DNA of 64,000 bases from Actinomycetales bacterium (GTDB lineage Bacteria; Actinomycetota; Actinomycetes; Mycobacteriales; SCTD01), in assembly GCA_036675425.1 (NCBI GenBank), contig JAKFFB010000191.1, positions 3,887 through 67,886 of the forward strand, given 5' to 3'. This document shows, in pieces, positions 8,759 through 18,910 of the stretch (position 1 is its first letter; each line of letters begins with the position of its first letter). The notes under the pieces were generated by a model that saw only the letters and a program-made list of their open reading frames with translations, was not told the origin of the DNA and ran no database searches. The position numbers and the translations under genes were made by a program.

Positions 8759-9724
8759 ATGCAGGCAGCACGACTGGTCGGTCCGGGCACCGTCGTCGTC
8801 GAGGAGGTCGAGCGCCCCGCGATCACCGGTCCCGGTCAGGTGCTCGTCCAGAACCTCGTGTCGACCATCTGCGGCAGTGACGTCCACGTGGTCTACGGCG
8901 CACCCGTCGAGCCGGGTCATCGTCCGGGTTACCCCGGCCACGAGTCGGTCGGTCGCGTGGCCGAGAGCTCTGCCCCCGAGCACCGCCCGGGTGACCTGCT
9001 GCTGGCCGTCCCCAACCTGGCGCACGCCGGCGGCTTCGCGGAGTACCAGCTGCTGCCCGCCGGGCTCGTCCTGCCGCTGCCCGCCGATGCTGCGCCGGAG
9101 ACCGCCGTGCTCGCCCAGCAGCTGGGCACCACGATCTTCGCCATGAAGCGCTTCTGGCCAGGAGCCGGCGAGGGCACGGCGGTCGTGCTGGGGGCGGGTG
9201 CCGTCGGGCTCTTCTTCACCCGGCTGTGCCGGCTCGCCGGGTTCGAGCAGGTCGTGGTCGCCGATCTGCACCCGCACCGGCTCGAGCTGGCCAGGGCCGT
9301 CGGGGCGACGGAGACCGTGGTCGCGGAGGGGGACGCCGTCGTCGACGTCGTCCAGCAGGTCGAGCCGGCGGGGGCGCGGCTGGTCGTCGAGGCCGCCGGG
9401 ACCGACGTCACGCGCCGGCAGGCGATCCACTGCGTCGCCGTCGACGGGCGCATCGGGATGTTCGGCATGCCCTCCGGTCCCGAGATGACGATCCCGTTCG
9501 AGCTGCTGTTCCGACGCAAGCCCACGGTGGAGTTCTGCTGGGACGCGCAGGCCGAGCCCGGGCACGCGTCCTTCCGCGAGGGGTGGGACGCGATCCGCAC
9601 CGGGCGGGTCGACCCGGCGCCCTTCCTGCCGCGGCTGTGGGCGCTGGCCGACCTGCCGACGGCGCTGGAGGCCGCGCGGTCCGCCGAGCCCGGTTCGGTG
9701 AAGTACGGCGTGCGCCTCGGCTGA
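8759..9724 (+). CDS. Zn-dependent MDR alcohol dehydrogenase family protein
   Basis: ICGSDVH, GHE, GAGAVG; lacks the four-Cys structural Zn lobe; alternative start 8744. Confidence 0.85.
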   Translation: MQAARLVGPGTVVVEEVERPAITGPGQVLVQNLVSTICGSDVHVVYGAPVEPGHRPGYPGHESVGRVAESSAPEHRPGDLLLAVPNLAHAGGFAEYQLLPAGLVLPLPADAAPETAVLAQQLGTTIFAMKRFWPGAGEGTAVVLGAGAVGLFFTRLCRLAGFEQVVVADLHPHRLELARAVGATETVVAEGDAVVDVVQQVEPAGARLVVEAAGTDVTRRQAIHCVAVDGRIGMFGMPSGPEMTIPFELLFRRKPTVEFCWDAQAEPGHASFREGWDAIRTGRVDPAPFLPRLWALADLPTALEAARSAEPGSVKYGVRLG

Positions 9725-9817
9725 GGCGCCCGGGCATACTCCGAGCGTCGTCATCGACGGGGGACGCACTGCCTGGCTGGAGGGAGCGGGGATGGCCCGC
9801 ACCTGGGAGGCCCGGAC

Positions 9818-11275
9818 GTGATCCCGGCGGCACGACAGGGCTGGCTCGTCCCGGTCCTCGTCTTCACCACGGTGATCGCCGCGATCGTCAGCTCGCTGGG
9901 CGCACCGCTCATCCCGAGCATCTCGACGGCCCTGGAGGTGCCGCTCGGCACCGCGCAGTGGTCGCTGACGGCCGCCCTGCTGACCGGTGCCGTCAGCGCT
10001 CCCATCCTGGGCCGGCTCGGTGATGGTCCCCGCCGCCGCGAGACGCTCATCGGCGCCCTGGTCGCGGTCACGGCCGGCGGGGTGATCGCCGCGCTGGCAC
10101 CGACCCTGGCGCTGCTCGTCGTGGGAAGGGCTCTGCAGGGCATCGGCCTGGGCCTGGTCCCGCTGACGATCGCAGCGGCGCGGGACCACCTGCCGCCCGA
10201 GCGCGCGCCCGGCACGATCGCGCTGCTCGCGGTCTGCGCCGCCGCGGGCTCGGGCGCCGGCTACCCGATCAGCGGGCTGATCGCCGATCAGGCCGGCGTC
10301 GGGTCGGCCTTCTGGTTCGGCGCGGCGTTCAGCGGCATCGCGCTGCTCGGCGTCGTCCTCGTCGTGCCCTCGAGCGCGGCACGGGCTGCCGCGCGCCTCG
10401 ACGTCCTCGGCGCGGCACTGCTCAGCGCTGGCCTGGTCGCGCTGCTGCTGGCGATCGCCCAGGGCGATGCCTGGGGCTGGGGGTCCCCCCTCGTGCTCGG
10501 CCTGCTGGCCGGTGCGCTGCTGATCCTCACCCTGTGGACGGTCCAGCAGCTCCGTACCCGTGCGCCGCTGGTCGACCTCCGCCTCCTGCGCCGCCCGGCG
10601 GTGCTCACCGGCGACGGCTGCGCCGTCGTCCTCGGCATCGCGATGTACATGTACATCTCCGCGGTGACGGCGTACGTGCAGACGCCACAGGCTGCTGGGT
10701 ACGGGTTCTCGGCGACGGTCGTGGTCGCCGGGCTGTGCCTGGTCCCCTTCTCGGTCCTCAGCATCGCCGCCTCCCGGACCCTTCCACGTCTCACGCAGGC
10801 GGTGGGATCGCGCGCCCTGCTGCCGCTCGGCTGCCTCGTGGTGGCCTCGGGCGGGGCGTTCTTCGCGCTGCTGCACTCCGCGCTGTGGCAGGCCTTCGTG
10901 ATGATGGGCATCGTCGGCGTCGGCTTCGGGCTGACGTTCGCGGCGATCCCGGGGATCATCGTGGGGGCCGTGCCCGACAGCGAGACCGGCAGCGCGATGG
11001 GCTTCTACCAGGTGGTCCGCTACGTCGGGTTCTCCCTCGGCAGCGCCCTGACCGGCTCGATCCTGGCCGGGCACACGAGGGCCGGGGAGCACCTGCCGGT
11101 CGAGGACGGCTTCCGCGTCGTGCTGTGGATCGCGGTGACGGTCTGCGTCGTGGCGGCGGTCCTTGCCTGGTTCCTCCCGGGCCGCGCGGCCGCACAGGGC
11201 GCACGTGGGGAAGAGCTGGCGGACCGGGACGCCCAGCTCGGCAGCGCAGGTCTGATCGGACTGACGCGGGAGTAG
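9818..11275 (+). CDS. MFS transporter (DHA2-like)
   Basis: Many TM segments; GRLGDGPRRR motif A; GRALQGIG. Confidence 0.88.
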   Translation: MIPAARQGWLVPVLVFTTVIAAIVSSLGAPLIPSISTALEVPLGTAQWSLTAALLTGAVSAPILGRLGDGPRRRETLIGALVAVTAGGVIAALAPTLALLVVGRALQGIGLGLVPLTIAAARDHLPPERAPGTIALLAVCAAAGSGAGYPISGLIADQAGVGSAFWFGAAFSGIALLGVVLVVPSSAARAAARLDVLGAALLSAGLVALLLAIAQGDAWGWGSPLVLGLLAGALLILTLWTVQQLRTRAPLVDLRLLRRPAVLTGDGCAVVLGIAMYMYISAVTAYVQTPQAAGYGFSATVVVAGLCLVPFSVLSIAASRTLPRLTQAVGSRALLPLGCLVVASGGAFFALLHSALWQAFVMMGIVGVGFGLTFAAIPGIIVGAVPDSETGSAMGFYQVVRYVGFSLGSALTGSILAGHTRAGEHLPVEDGFRVVLWIAVTVCVVAAVLAWFLPGRAAAQGARGEELADRDAQLGSAGLIGLTRE

Positions 11276-11283
11276 CTCGCGCG

Positions 11284-12471
11284 TCAGCTCGACCCGGCAT
11301 CGGCACCGGCACCGATGACCGCGCCGGGGTCGAGCGACTCGAGCGTGGGGCGGCCCAGCAGAGCCAGCGTGCTGTCGATCTCGACGCGGAGGAGCTCGAG
11401 CACCCGCTCGACGCCGGCTTGGCCACCGGCGGCCAAGCCGTAGACCCAAGGCCGGCCGATCATGCAGGCGCGCGCGCCGAGCGCCAGCGCCTTGACGACG
11501 TCGCTGCCCCGGCGCACGCCGCCGTCGAGGTAGACCTCGGCTTGCCCCCGGACCGCCGCGACCACCTCCGGCAGGACGTCGACGGTGGCCGGCAGACCGT
11601 CGAGCTGCCGGCCACCGTGGTTGGACACCCACACCGCGTCGGCCCCGGCGTCCACCGACCGCCGGGCGTCGTCGGCCGTCATCACCCCCTTGACGACGAG
11701 CGGGCCGTTCCACACCTCCTTGAGCCAGACGACGTCGGCCCAGCCGACGGTGGGGTCGAACAGCTCGTTGACGACGTCCATCATCCGCAGCCGGTCGCGG
11801 GCGCCCAGGTCGGCCGAGGTGAAGTTGCCCATCGTCAGTCGGTGTCCGGACAGCTCGCTGACGGCAAGGCGGCGGAACCACCCGGCGTGCCGCAGGAGGT
11901 CCAGCGCCTGGTCGGCGCGCGGCCGCGGCGGAATCGTGAAGCCGTTGCGCAGGTCCCGCGTCCGGCGCGCGGCGACCGGAACGTCGACGGTCAGGCAGAG
12001 CGCGCGGAACCCCGCCTCCTGGGCCCGCTCCACCACGCGCCGGGTGAGCGCGCGGTTCCGCCAGATGTAGAGCTGGAACCACTTCGGTCCCGCGCACGAG
12101 CGAGCGACGTCCTCCAGGCTCCAGGCCGACGACGAGCTCAGCGTCGACACCACGCCCGCCGCGCTCGCGGCCCGGGCCGCGGCGACCTCCCCGGTCGGAT
12201 GGGCCAGCGCCGCCAGGCCGACGGGGGCGAGGACCACGGGGGAGTCGACCGGCGTGCCGAGCAGCGTCGTGGCCTGGCTGCGCCGGGAGACGTCCACGAG
12301 CGCCCGGGGGCGGAACGAGATCCCCTGCAGCGCAGCACGGTTGCGCGCGATCGTGATCTCGTCCTCGGCGCCGCCCTCGACGAAGTCGCGCACGGCCCGG
12401 GGGAGGACGCGACGGGCCTCGGCCTGGACGTCGTCGACGCCGGCCGCTCGCGCCAGCCGTCGCGCGCTCAC
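11284..12471 (-). CDS. FMN-dependent alpha-hydroxy acid dehydrogenase/oxidase
   Basis: WFQLY, LTVDVP, VVKG, SNHGGRQLDG, DGGVRRGSDVVKALALGA. Confidence 0.92.
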   Translation of the reverse strand: MSARRLARAAGVDDVQAEARRVLPRAVRDFVEGGAEDEITIARNRAALQGISFRPRALVDVSRRSQATTLLGTPVDSPVVLAPVGLAALAHPTGEVAAARAASAAGVVSTLSSSSAWSLEDVARSCAGPKWFQLYIWRNRALTRRVVERAQEAGFRALCLTVDVPVAARRTRDLRNGFTIPPRPRADQALDLLRHAGWFRRLAVSELSGHRLTMGNFTSADLGARDRLRMMDVVNELFDPTVGWADVVWLKEVWNGPLVVKGVMTADDARRSVDAGADAVWVSNHGGRQLDGLPATVDVLPEVVAAVRGQAEVYLDGGVRRGSDVVKALALGARACMIGRPWVYGLAAGGQAGVERVLELLRVEIDSTLALLGRPTLESLDPGAVIGAGADAGSS

Positions 12472-13289
12472 GGCCGCAGGCTCGCGCGCAGCTGCTCGAC
12501 GCGGGCGGTCGCCGCGGCGCGGAGGAGATCCGCATCGGTGCCCGCCGACACGAAGACCGCCCCCATCTCGACGTAGCGCGCGAGGACTGCCGGGTCCGCC
12601 ACGCCGGCGACGCCGAAGGCTGTTCCTGCCGCTGCGGTCGCCACAGCCACCTGCTCGTACATCCGGACGACGGCGGGGTCGTCGACCCGGCCGGGGATGC
12701 CCAGCCCCGCGGTGAGGTCCTGCGTGCCGACCAGGACGAGGTCGATGCCTGGGACTGCGGCGATCTCACCCGCTGCGCTGACGGCCGCCTCGCTCTCGAG
12801 CATGACGCAGAGCAGCGCCGACGAGGTCAGGCGCTCCGCGAGCTCGGCCGGTGGCACGTCCTGGTAGTCGAGCAGCCTCGCCGGGCCGTAGGAGGACCGG
12901 CGACCCAGCGGCGGGAAGAGGCACCGCTCGACCAGCAGCTCGGCCTGCTCGGCCGACTCGACGTGCGGGGCGATGATCCCCTGACAGCCGGCGTCCAGCA
13001 GCCTGCCGGCGGCGTCGTCGTCCACCGACGCCACGCGCACCAGGGGGGTGATGCCGAGCGCCGTCGCGGTCGCGCCGAGCGCGGCCGCATCGGCCAGCGA
13101 GGCGGTCGAGTGCTCCAGGTCGACGTACAGGGCGTCGAAGCCGGCGGCCCGCGCGAGGAACGCCAGGTCCGTCGTCGCGGCCATCGTCACGCGCAGGCAG
13201 AGCGAGAGCTCCCTCGCCGCGAGCCGCTCCTTCAGCCGGTTGCGCAGCAGGGGGAACCGCGAGGGGGAGTCGGAGGAGCGGTGGGGCAT
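12468..13289 (-). CDS. HpcH/HpaI aldolase family protein
   Basis: AGFDALYVDLEH, LVRV, LDAGCQGIIAPHV, FPPLGRRS, MLES, VGTQDL. Confidence 0.88.
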   Translation of the reverse strand: MPHRSSDSPSRFPLLRNRLKERLAARELSLCLRVTMAATTDLAFLARAAGFDALYVDLEHSTASLADAAALGATATALGITPLVRVASVDDDAAGRLLDAGCQGIIAPHVESAEQAELLVERCLFPPLGRRSSYGPARLLDYQDVPPAELAERLTSSALLCVMLESEAAVSAAGEIAAVPGIDLVLVGTQDLTAGLGIPGRVDDPAVVRMYEQVAVATAAAGTAFGVAGVADPAVLARYVEMGAVFVSAGTDADLLRAAATARVEQLRASLRP

Positions 13290-13369
13290 TCCGGCCTCCG
13301 GTTCGCGGCAGGGAGGGACAGTGTGCGTCACGCGACGGGCGCAGCGGGCGGCCGGCGTCCCGGAGAGGA

Positions 13370-13408
13370 TGGACAATCCTCGAGGTCGAACTAATAATAG
13401 GACCGAAC
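13370..13408 (+). promoter_or_regulatory. Putative sigma70-type promoter with GGACCGAAC half-site
   Basis: TGGACA (13370) N17 AATAAT (13393) in an AT-rich patch of the divergent intergenic region. Confidence 0.45.
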
Positions 13409-13425
13409 TCGGGAAGGCGGTGACG

Positions 13426-14742
13426 ATGACGGCAGGGAGTCGGCCCTCTCGGGTGGCGGTCATCGGGGCGGGGGCAGCCGGCCTGTGCGCGGCCAAGCAC
13501 CTGCTGGCTCGCGGCGTCGACGTGACGGTCCTCGAGCTGGGCTCGTGCGTCGGCGGGCTGTGGGTCTACGAGAACGACAACGGCAGGAGCCCGGCGTACA
13601 GGTCGCTGCACATCAACTCCGAGGCCGCGGTCACCGCCTACGAGGACTTCCCCTTCCCCGACGGGACACCGCTGTTCCCGTCCCACGCCCAGGTGCGCTC
13701 CTACCTCGAGGACTACGCCCGGCATTTCGACATCACGCCGCGAATCCGCTTCCGGACGCGGGTCACGGCCGTCGAACCTCTGCCGGCCGACCGGTGGCGG
13801 ATCCGCCTCGACGACGGGGCGACCGAGGACGTCGACGCGGTGGTGGTGGCGACCGGGCACCAGGCCGAGCCCAGTCACCCTCCGTTCCGGGACGACTTCA
13901 CCGGCACGTACCTGCACGTGCACGACTACCGGGTGCCCGAGGCCTTCGCCGGCAAGCGCGTGCTCGTGGTCGGGACCGGCAACAGCGCCATGGACTCCGC
14001 GGCCGACCTCGCCGGAGTGGCCGCCACCGTCGCCGTCGTCGCCCGGTCACCGGTGCTGATCATGCCGCGGATGCTCTTCGGCGTGCCGACCGCGCGCGTC
14101 CTCGCCCGGATCGAGCGGCCCTGGATGCCCTGGGCGCTGCGTCGGCGGCTGCGTGTCCTGCTCGCCACGATCGTGCACGGCCGGATGGAGACGTGGGGGC
14201 TGCGGACGCCGACCACCCGTACCCATCCCACCGGGCACGCGACGATCATGTCGCACGCGGCGTACGGCCGGGTCGTCTTCCGGCCCGGCATCACGGCCGT
14301 GCGCGGGACCGAGGTGGAGTTCGCCGACGGTCGCCGCGAGGAGTTCGACGTCATGCTGGCCGCGACCGGCTACGAGGTCGACCTCCCGTTCCTGGCCCCC
14401 GAGGTGGTGCCCGTGGTCGGTCGCCGCGTCGACCTCTACAAGCGGATCTTCCCGCCCGGCCGGCCGAACCTCTGCTTCATCGGGATGTTCAACGTCAGTG
14501 CCGGCGCGAACATCCGCATGATGGACACGCAGTCCCGGCTGCTGGCCGCTGTCGTGGCCGGCGAGGTGGTGCTGCCGTCCGCCGGGGCCATGCGCGCCGA
14601 TGTCGAGCGCGAGAAGCGCGAGCTGCACGAGCGCTACCCGGACCGCCCCCGCTACGAGCTCGAGCTGGACCCGGTCGCTTACCGCGAGGAGGTCGCGGCG
14701 CTCGAGGCTGCCGCGCCCGGGACGGCCCGTGCATGGCGGTGA
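13426..14742 (+). CDS. Flavin-containing monooxygenase (class B FMO)
   Basis: GAGAAG, GGLW, FxGxxxHxxxY (FTGTYLHVHDY), GTGNSA, ATGY. Confidence 0.92.
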   Translation: MTAGSRPSRVAVIGAGAAGLCAAKHLLARGVDVTVLELGSCVGGLWVYENDNGRSPAYRSLHINSEAAVTAYEDFPFPDGTPLFPSHAQVRSYLEDYARHFDITPRIRFRTRVTAVEPLPADRWRIRLDDGATEDVDAVVVATGHQAEPSHPPFRDDFTGTYLHVHDYRVPEAFAGKRVLVVGTGNSAMDSAADLAGVAATVAVVARSPVLIMPRMLFGVPTARVLARIERPWMPWALRRRLRVLLATIVHGRMETWGLRTPTTRTHPTGHATIMSHAAYGRVVFRPGITAVRGTEVEFADGRREEFDVMLAATGYEVDLPFLAPEVVPVVGRRVDLYKRIFPPGRPNLCFIGMFNVSAGANIRMMDTQSRLLAAVVAGEVVLPSAGAMRADVEREKRELHERYPDRPRYELELDPVAYREEVAALEAAAPGTARAWR

Positions 14743-15482
14743 CGACCGAGCGCCAGGGCCAGGTCCTGGTGATCAGGATGGACCGTCCGGCTCGCCGCAA
14801 CGCCGTGGACGCGACGATGACCGCCGGCCTGGACGCGGCGATGGACGCGCTCGACGACGACCCCGAGCTGCGCGTCGGAGTGCTGACCGGGACGAGCGAG
14901 GTCTTCTCGGCCGGCACCGACCTGGTCCACGGCGCGGGGCCGGCCACCTCACGCGGGGGTGAGTACGGCGTCGCCCGGCGCCGACGCCGGATCCCGCTGG
15001 TCGCCGCCGTGGAGGGGCCGGCCCTCGGCGGCGGCTTCGAGCTGGTCCTCGCCTGCGACCTCGTCGTCGCCTCGCGCACCGCGGTGCTCGGACTGCCCGA
15101 GGTGCGGTTGGGGTTGGTCGCCAACTGCGGGGGGCTCTTCCGCGGTCCGCGGCAGCTGCCGCTCAACGTCGCCCGGCAGATGCTGCTGACCGGCGAGCCG
15201 CTGAGCGCCGAGCGCGCCTGGTCGCTCGGCCTGGTCAACGTGCTGAGCGAGCCCGGTGACGCCCTGCGCGACGCGCTCGCGCTGGCCGAGCGCATCTGCG
15301 CCGGCTCCCCCGCAGCGGTGTCGGCGAGCCTCGAGGCCGTCGACGCGTGCTTCGCGCAGGCCGACGCGGACGGCTGGCGGGCCACCGAGAGCGCGTGGGC
15401 GCAGGCCACCGCGTCCGTCGACAGCACCGAGGGCGTCGAGGCGTTCCTCGCCCGCCGGGCACCGCGCTGGTCCCGGTCATGA
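14733..15482 (+). CDS. Enoyl-CoA hydratase/isomerase family protein
   Basis: RNAVD, FSAGTDL, AAVEGPALGGGFELVLACDL, LPEVRLG. Confidence 0.9.
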   Translation: MAVTTERQGQVLVIRMDRPARRNAVDATMTAGLDAAMDALDDDPELRVGVLTGTSEVFSAGTDLVHGAGPATSRGGEYGVARRRRRIPLVAAVEGPALGGGFELVLACDLVVASRTAVLGLPEVRLGLVANCGGLFRGPRQLPLNVARQMLLTGEPLSAERAWSLGLVNVLSEPGDALRDALALAERICAGSPAAVSASLEAVDACFAQADADGWRATESAWAQATASVDSTEGVEAFLARRAPRWSRS

Positions 15483-15532
15483 CCACCACCCCCCCCGGCC
15501 CCCTGGCGGGCATCCCAGGAAGCAGGTCCTGC

Positions 15533-16078
15533 ATGAGCCGCTCCGCACCGAGCCCGCGCATCGCCCCGGTCGCCTCGCCGGACGACGAGCAGGCCGCACT
15601 GCTCGCCAAGACGCTGCTGACCAAGGACGGCCGGCCGCTCAACCTCTTCGCGACGCTGGCGCACAACCCCCTGCTGCTCAAGCGGTTCAACGCCCTCGGC
15701 GGGTTCTTCCTGCGCCACGGCGAGCTGCCCGACCGGGAGCGGGAGCTGGTCATCCTGCGGGTCGCGGTCCGGACCGGATCGCGCTACGAGCATGCCCAGC
15801 ACGTCGTGATCGGACGGCAGGTCGGGCTCTCGGACGCCGAGATCGCGCAGGTGAGCGGTCCGCTGGACGCCTGGTCCGACGACGACCGGACGCTGCTGCG
15901 CTTCGTCGACGAGATGGTCGACTCCGACGGCAGCGAGGTCACCACGTGGGCGTCGCTCGAGGCCCGCTACACGCAGCGGCAGATGCTGGAGCTCTCGCTG
16001 CTGGTCGGCTTCTACCGGATGCTGGCGGCGTTCCTCGTGGTGGTCGGAGTGCAGGTCGAGGACGAGCAGACGGACTGA
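15533..16078 (+). CDS. AhpD/carboxymuconolactone decarboxylase family protein
   Basis: LNLFATLAHNP, ERELVILRVA, YEHAQH; alternative start 15479. Confidence 0.82.
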   Translation: MSRSAPSPRIAPVASPDDEQAALLAKTLLTKDGRPLNLFATLAHNPLLLKRFNALGGFFLRHGELPDRERELVILRVAVRTGSRYEHAQHVVIGRQVGLSDAEIAQVSGPLDAWSDDDRTLLRFVDEMVDSDGSEVTTWASLEARYTQRQMLELSLLVGFYRMLAAFLVVVGVQVEDEQTD

Positions 16079-16087
16079 GTCGCGGGG

Positions 16088-16783
16088 TCAGTCGCGCAGC
16101 CCGAGCCGGGCGTCGAAGGCTGTGGAGTGCTGCTGCTGGACGCCGGACAGCACTGCCTGCTCGGTCGTCGCGCGGGCGGCGAGCGCGGCCACGACGTCGA
16201 TGAGGTGTCGGCGCGGGACGACGGCGACGCCGCCCTCGTCGGCGACAAGGACGTCGCCCGGCTCGACGACCACCCCGCCGCAGCAGACCGCGACGTCGAG
16301 CTCGCCCGGTTCCCGCTTCGGCGGCGAGTAGGCCGTCTCCCGGCGACCGAACACCGGGAAGCCCCTGTTCTGCAGCGCGGCCACGTCACGCCACCCGCCG
16401 TCGACGACGACGCCGGCCAGCCCGCGGGCGATGGGAGCCTCCAGGGCGCGGGCCCCGCTGCCGCACCCGTCCTGGTAACCGAGCCAGTCCACGACCAGCA
16501 CGTCGTCGGGGCCGACCCGGCCGAGGCCGCCGTGCACGGCCAGGTTGTCCCCCGGGAAGGCCTTGACCGTCCGGCAGACGCCGACGGTGCGCGCGACCGG
16601 CAGGTAGAGCGGACGGATGCCGGGGTCCATCGTGTACAGCCGTCCCACCACGTCGCTGACCTCGGTCATCGACACCGCACGCAGCGCGTCGAGCAGTCGG
16701 GGCTCCGGCCGCTCCGGGGCGGCTCCGATGCGCGGGCGCACCACCGGGACGTAGCCGCTCGCGGCGGGGGGGTCGGGCGTCAC
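16088..16783 (-). CDS. RraA/HMG aldolase family protein
   Basis: VSDVV, PGDNLAVH, GVVVDGGWRD, CGGVVVEPGDVLVADEGGV; GTGA coupling. Confidence 0.87.
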   Translation of the reverse strand: MTPDPPAASGYVPVVRPRIGAAPERPEPRLLDALRAVSMTEVSDVVGRLYTMDPGIRPLYLPVARTVGVCRTVKAFPGDNLAVHGGLGRVGPDDVLVVDWLGYQDGCGSGARALEAPIARGLAGVVVDGGWRDVAALQNRGFPVFGRRETAYSPPKREPGELDVAVCCGGVVVEPGDVLVADEGGVAVVPRRHLIDVVAALAARATTEQAVLSGVQQQHSTAFDARLGLRD

Positions 16784-17580
16784 CGTCCGACGTACCGCGG
16801 GGCGCGCTTCTCGCGGAAGGCGGTGAGCGCCTCGGCCATGTCCTCGGTGCGGGTGGCGAGGACCTGGTTGCGGTTCTCCACCTCGAGGGCCGCCGTGAGG
16901 GAGGGCGCGTCGACGTTCTGCTGGAGCACGCGCTTGGTGAGCATCACGCCGAAGGGCGAGTTCCCGGCGATCTGCTCGGCGACGCCGATCGCCTCGTCCA
17001 GCAGCCGCTCGGCGGGGACCACCCGGTTGACCAGGCCGATGTCGGCTGCCTCCGTGGCGTCGACGAAGCGCCCGGTCATGAGGATCTCCGCCGCACGGCC
17101 GCTGCCGACGACGCGGGGGAGGAAGTACGACGAGCCGCAGTCCCCGCCGGACAGCCCGATGCGGATGAACGCGGCGTTGAAGCGGGCCGCCGGAGCGGCC
17201 AGCCGGATGTCGGCGGCCAGCGCCAGGGAGAAGCCCGCTCCGGCGGCTGCGCCGTTCACGGCGGCGATCACCGGCTTGGCCAGCCGGTGGAAGGCCGCCG
17301 TGGCGTCGGCCCACGACTCCTGGCCGCGCATCATCTCGGTGGCGGTCATGCCCGCCAGCGTGGCGGCGTCGTCCAGGTCCAGTCCCGCGCAGAACGCACG
17401 TCCGGCGCCGGTCACCACGAGTGCCCGCAGCGCGTCGTCCCCGGCGACCTCGCTGCAGACCTCCCGCCACTCCTCGAACATCCGGAAGGTGATGGCGTTG
17501 AGACGATCGGGACGGTCGAGCGTCATGACCGCCACACCGCCCGCGCGACGCTCGAGCTGCAGCGTGCTGTAGCCGGTCAC
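16780..17580 (-). CDS. Enoyl-CoA hydratase/isomerase family protein
   Basis: LDRPDRLNAI, FCAGLDL, AAVNGAAAGAGFSLALAADIR. Confidence 0.9.
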   Translation of the reverse strand: MTGYSTLQLERRAGGVAVMTLDRPDRLNAITFRMFEEWREVCSEVAGDDALRALVVTGAGRAFCAGLDLDDAATLAGMTATEMMRGQESWADATAAFHRLAKPVIAAVNGAAAGAGFSLALAADIRLAAPAARFNAAFIRIGLSGGDCGSSYFLPRVVGSGRAAEILMTGRFVDATEAADIGLVNRVVPAERLLDEAIGVAEQIAGNSPFGVMLTKRVLQQNVDAPSLTAALEVENRNQVLATRTEDMAEALTAFREKRAPRYVGR

Positions 17581-18818
17581 GGCTGCAGCACCGGCGTCGC
17601 CCGCAGCTCGGCCCGGCCCAGGGACCGCAGGTGCACCTCGTCCGGTCCGTCGAACAGGCGCATCGCTCGGTGCCAGCCCCACATCGCCGCGAGCGGTGTG
17701 TCGTCGCTGACACCGGCGCCGCCGTGCACCTGGATCGCGCGGTCGATGACCCGCGTCACGGCGCGGGGGACGGCGACCTTGGCCATGGCGACCAGGTCCT
17801 TCGCCGCCTTGTTCCCCTCGGTGTCGATGACGTGGCAGGCCTGGTGGCAGATGAGGCGTGCCTGCTCGATGTCGAGACGGGACTCCGCGATCTGCGCGAC
17901 GACGACGCCCTGGTCAGCCAGCGGGATGCCGAAGGCCGTGCGGTCCTTCGCGCGGGCCACCATCAGCGCGAGGGCCCGCTCGGCGGCGCCGAGCGCGCGC
18001 ATGCAGTGGTGGATCCGACCGGGACCGAGGCGGGCCTGCGCTGCCGCGAAGCCGCCGCCCTCCTCGCCGACGACGTTCTGTACGGGCACGCGCACGTCCT
18101 CGAAGAGGATCTCGTTGTGACCGTGCTGGTCCTGCCGTCCGAAGACCGGCACGGAGCGCAGGTTCTGCACGCCCGGCGTGTCCATCGGCACCAGGACCAT
18201 CGTCTGCTGCCGGTGGGTGGGGGCCTCCGCATCGGTCTTGCCCATCACGATCATGACCGCGCAACGGGGATCGGCTGCGCCGCTGGCCCACCACTTGCGC
18301 CCGTTGATGACGTAGTCGTCGCCGTCCCGCTCGATGCGGGTCGCGATGTTGGTCGCGTCGCTGCTGGCGACGGCCGGCTCGGTCATCGCGAAGGCGGAGC
18401 GGATGGTCCCCTCCAGCAAGGGCGTCAGCCACTGCTCCTTCTGCTCCGGCGTACCGAGCAGGTGCAGGAGCTCCATGTTCCCCGTGTCCGGGGCCTGGCA
18501 GTTCATGGCCTCCGGGGCGATGTCGTTGCTCCAGCCGGAGAGCTCTGCGAGCGGCGCGTACTCGAGCTGCGTCAGCCCGGACTCAGCCGGCAGGAAGAGG
18601 TTCCACAGACCCAGGGCACGAGCCTCCTGCTTGAGCACCTCGACGACCGGCGGCACGGTGTGGTCGTCGGGGCCGGCCGCGGCGCGGAAGGCCTCGTACT
18701 CGTGCTCCGCCGGCAGGACCCGGTCGCGCATGAAGTCGATCAGGACCTGGTGCAGCTGGACCGCGCGGTCCGAGGGAGCGGGTCCGATGGAGCTCGGGCT
18801 GGCAGACGGCGCGGGCAC
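17577..18818 (-). CDS. Acyl-CoA dehydrogenase (ACAD10/11-like)
   Basis: LWNLFLP, NCQAPDTGNME, FAMTEPAVASSDATN, RLGPGRIHHCMR, DGPDEVH; AGGAG RBS. Confidence 0.93.
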   Translation of the reverse strand: MPAPSASPSSIGPAPSDRAVQLHQVLIDFMRDRVLPAEHEYEAFRAAAGPDDHTVPPVVEVLKQEARALGLWNLFLPAESGLTQLEYAPLAELSGWSNDIAPEAMNCQAPDTGNMELLHLLGTPEQKEQWLTPLLEGTIRSAFAMTEPAVASSDATNIATRIERDGDDYVINGRKWWASGAADPRCAVMIVMGKTDAEAPTHRQQTMVLVPMDTPGVQNLRSVPVFGRQDQHGHNEILFEDVRVPVQNVVGEEGGGFAAAQARLGPGRIHHCMRALGAAERALALMVARAKDRTAFGIPLADQGVVVAQIAESRLDIEQARLICHQACHVIDTEGNKAAKDLVAMAKVAVPRAVTRVIDRAIQVHGGAGVSDDTPLAAMWGWHRAMRLFDGPDEVHLRSLGRAELRATPVLQP

Positions 18819-18855
18819 GGGCTCTCTCCTGACGCTGTGGGACCGATGCGAACAG

Positions 18856-18869
18856 CGACCGATCGCTCG
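18856..18869 (-). promoter_or_regulatory. Putative TetR operator, copy 1
   Basis: Minus strand reads CGAGCGATCGGTCG, identical to 19925-19938. Confidence 0.55.
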
Positions 18870-18910
18870 CTCGGTGACGTGGTGAACGCTAGGCCGACGT
18901 GCGACGACCG

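Noticed and set aside
11284-12471. Possible mycofactocin MftD
   Set aside because: Has the generic NHGGRQLDG motif, and no mftA, mftB or mftC is nearby.
8702-12769. 1355-aa minus-strand ORF
   Set aside because: Arg/Gly/Pro-rich shadow frame over well-supported genes; a high-GC artefact.
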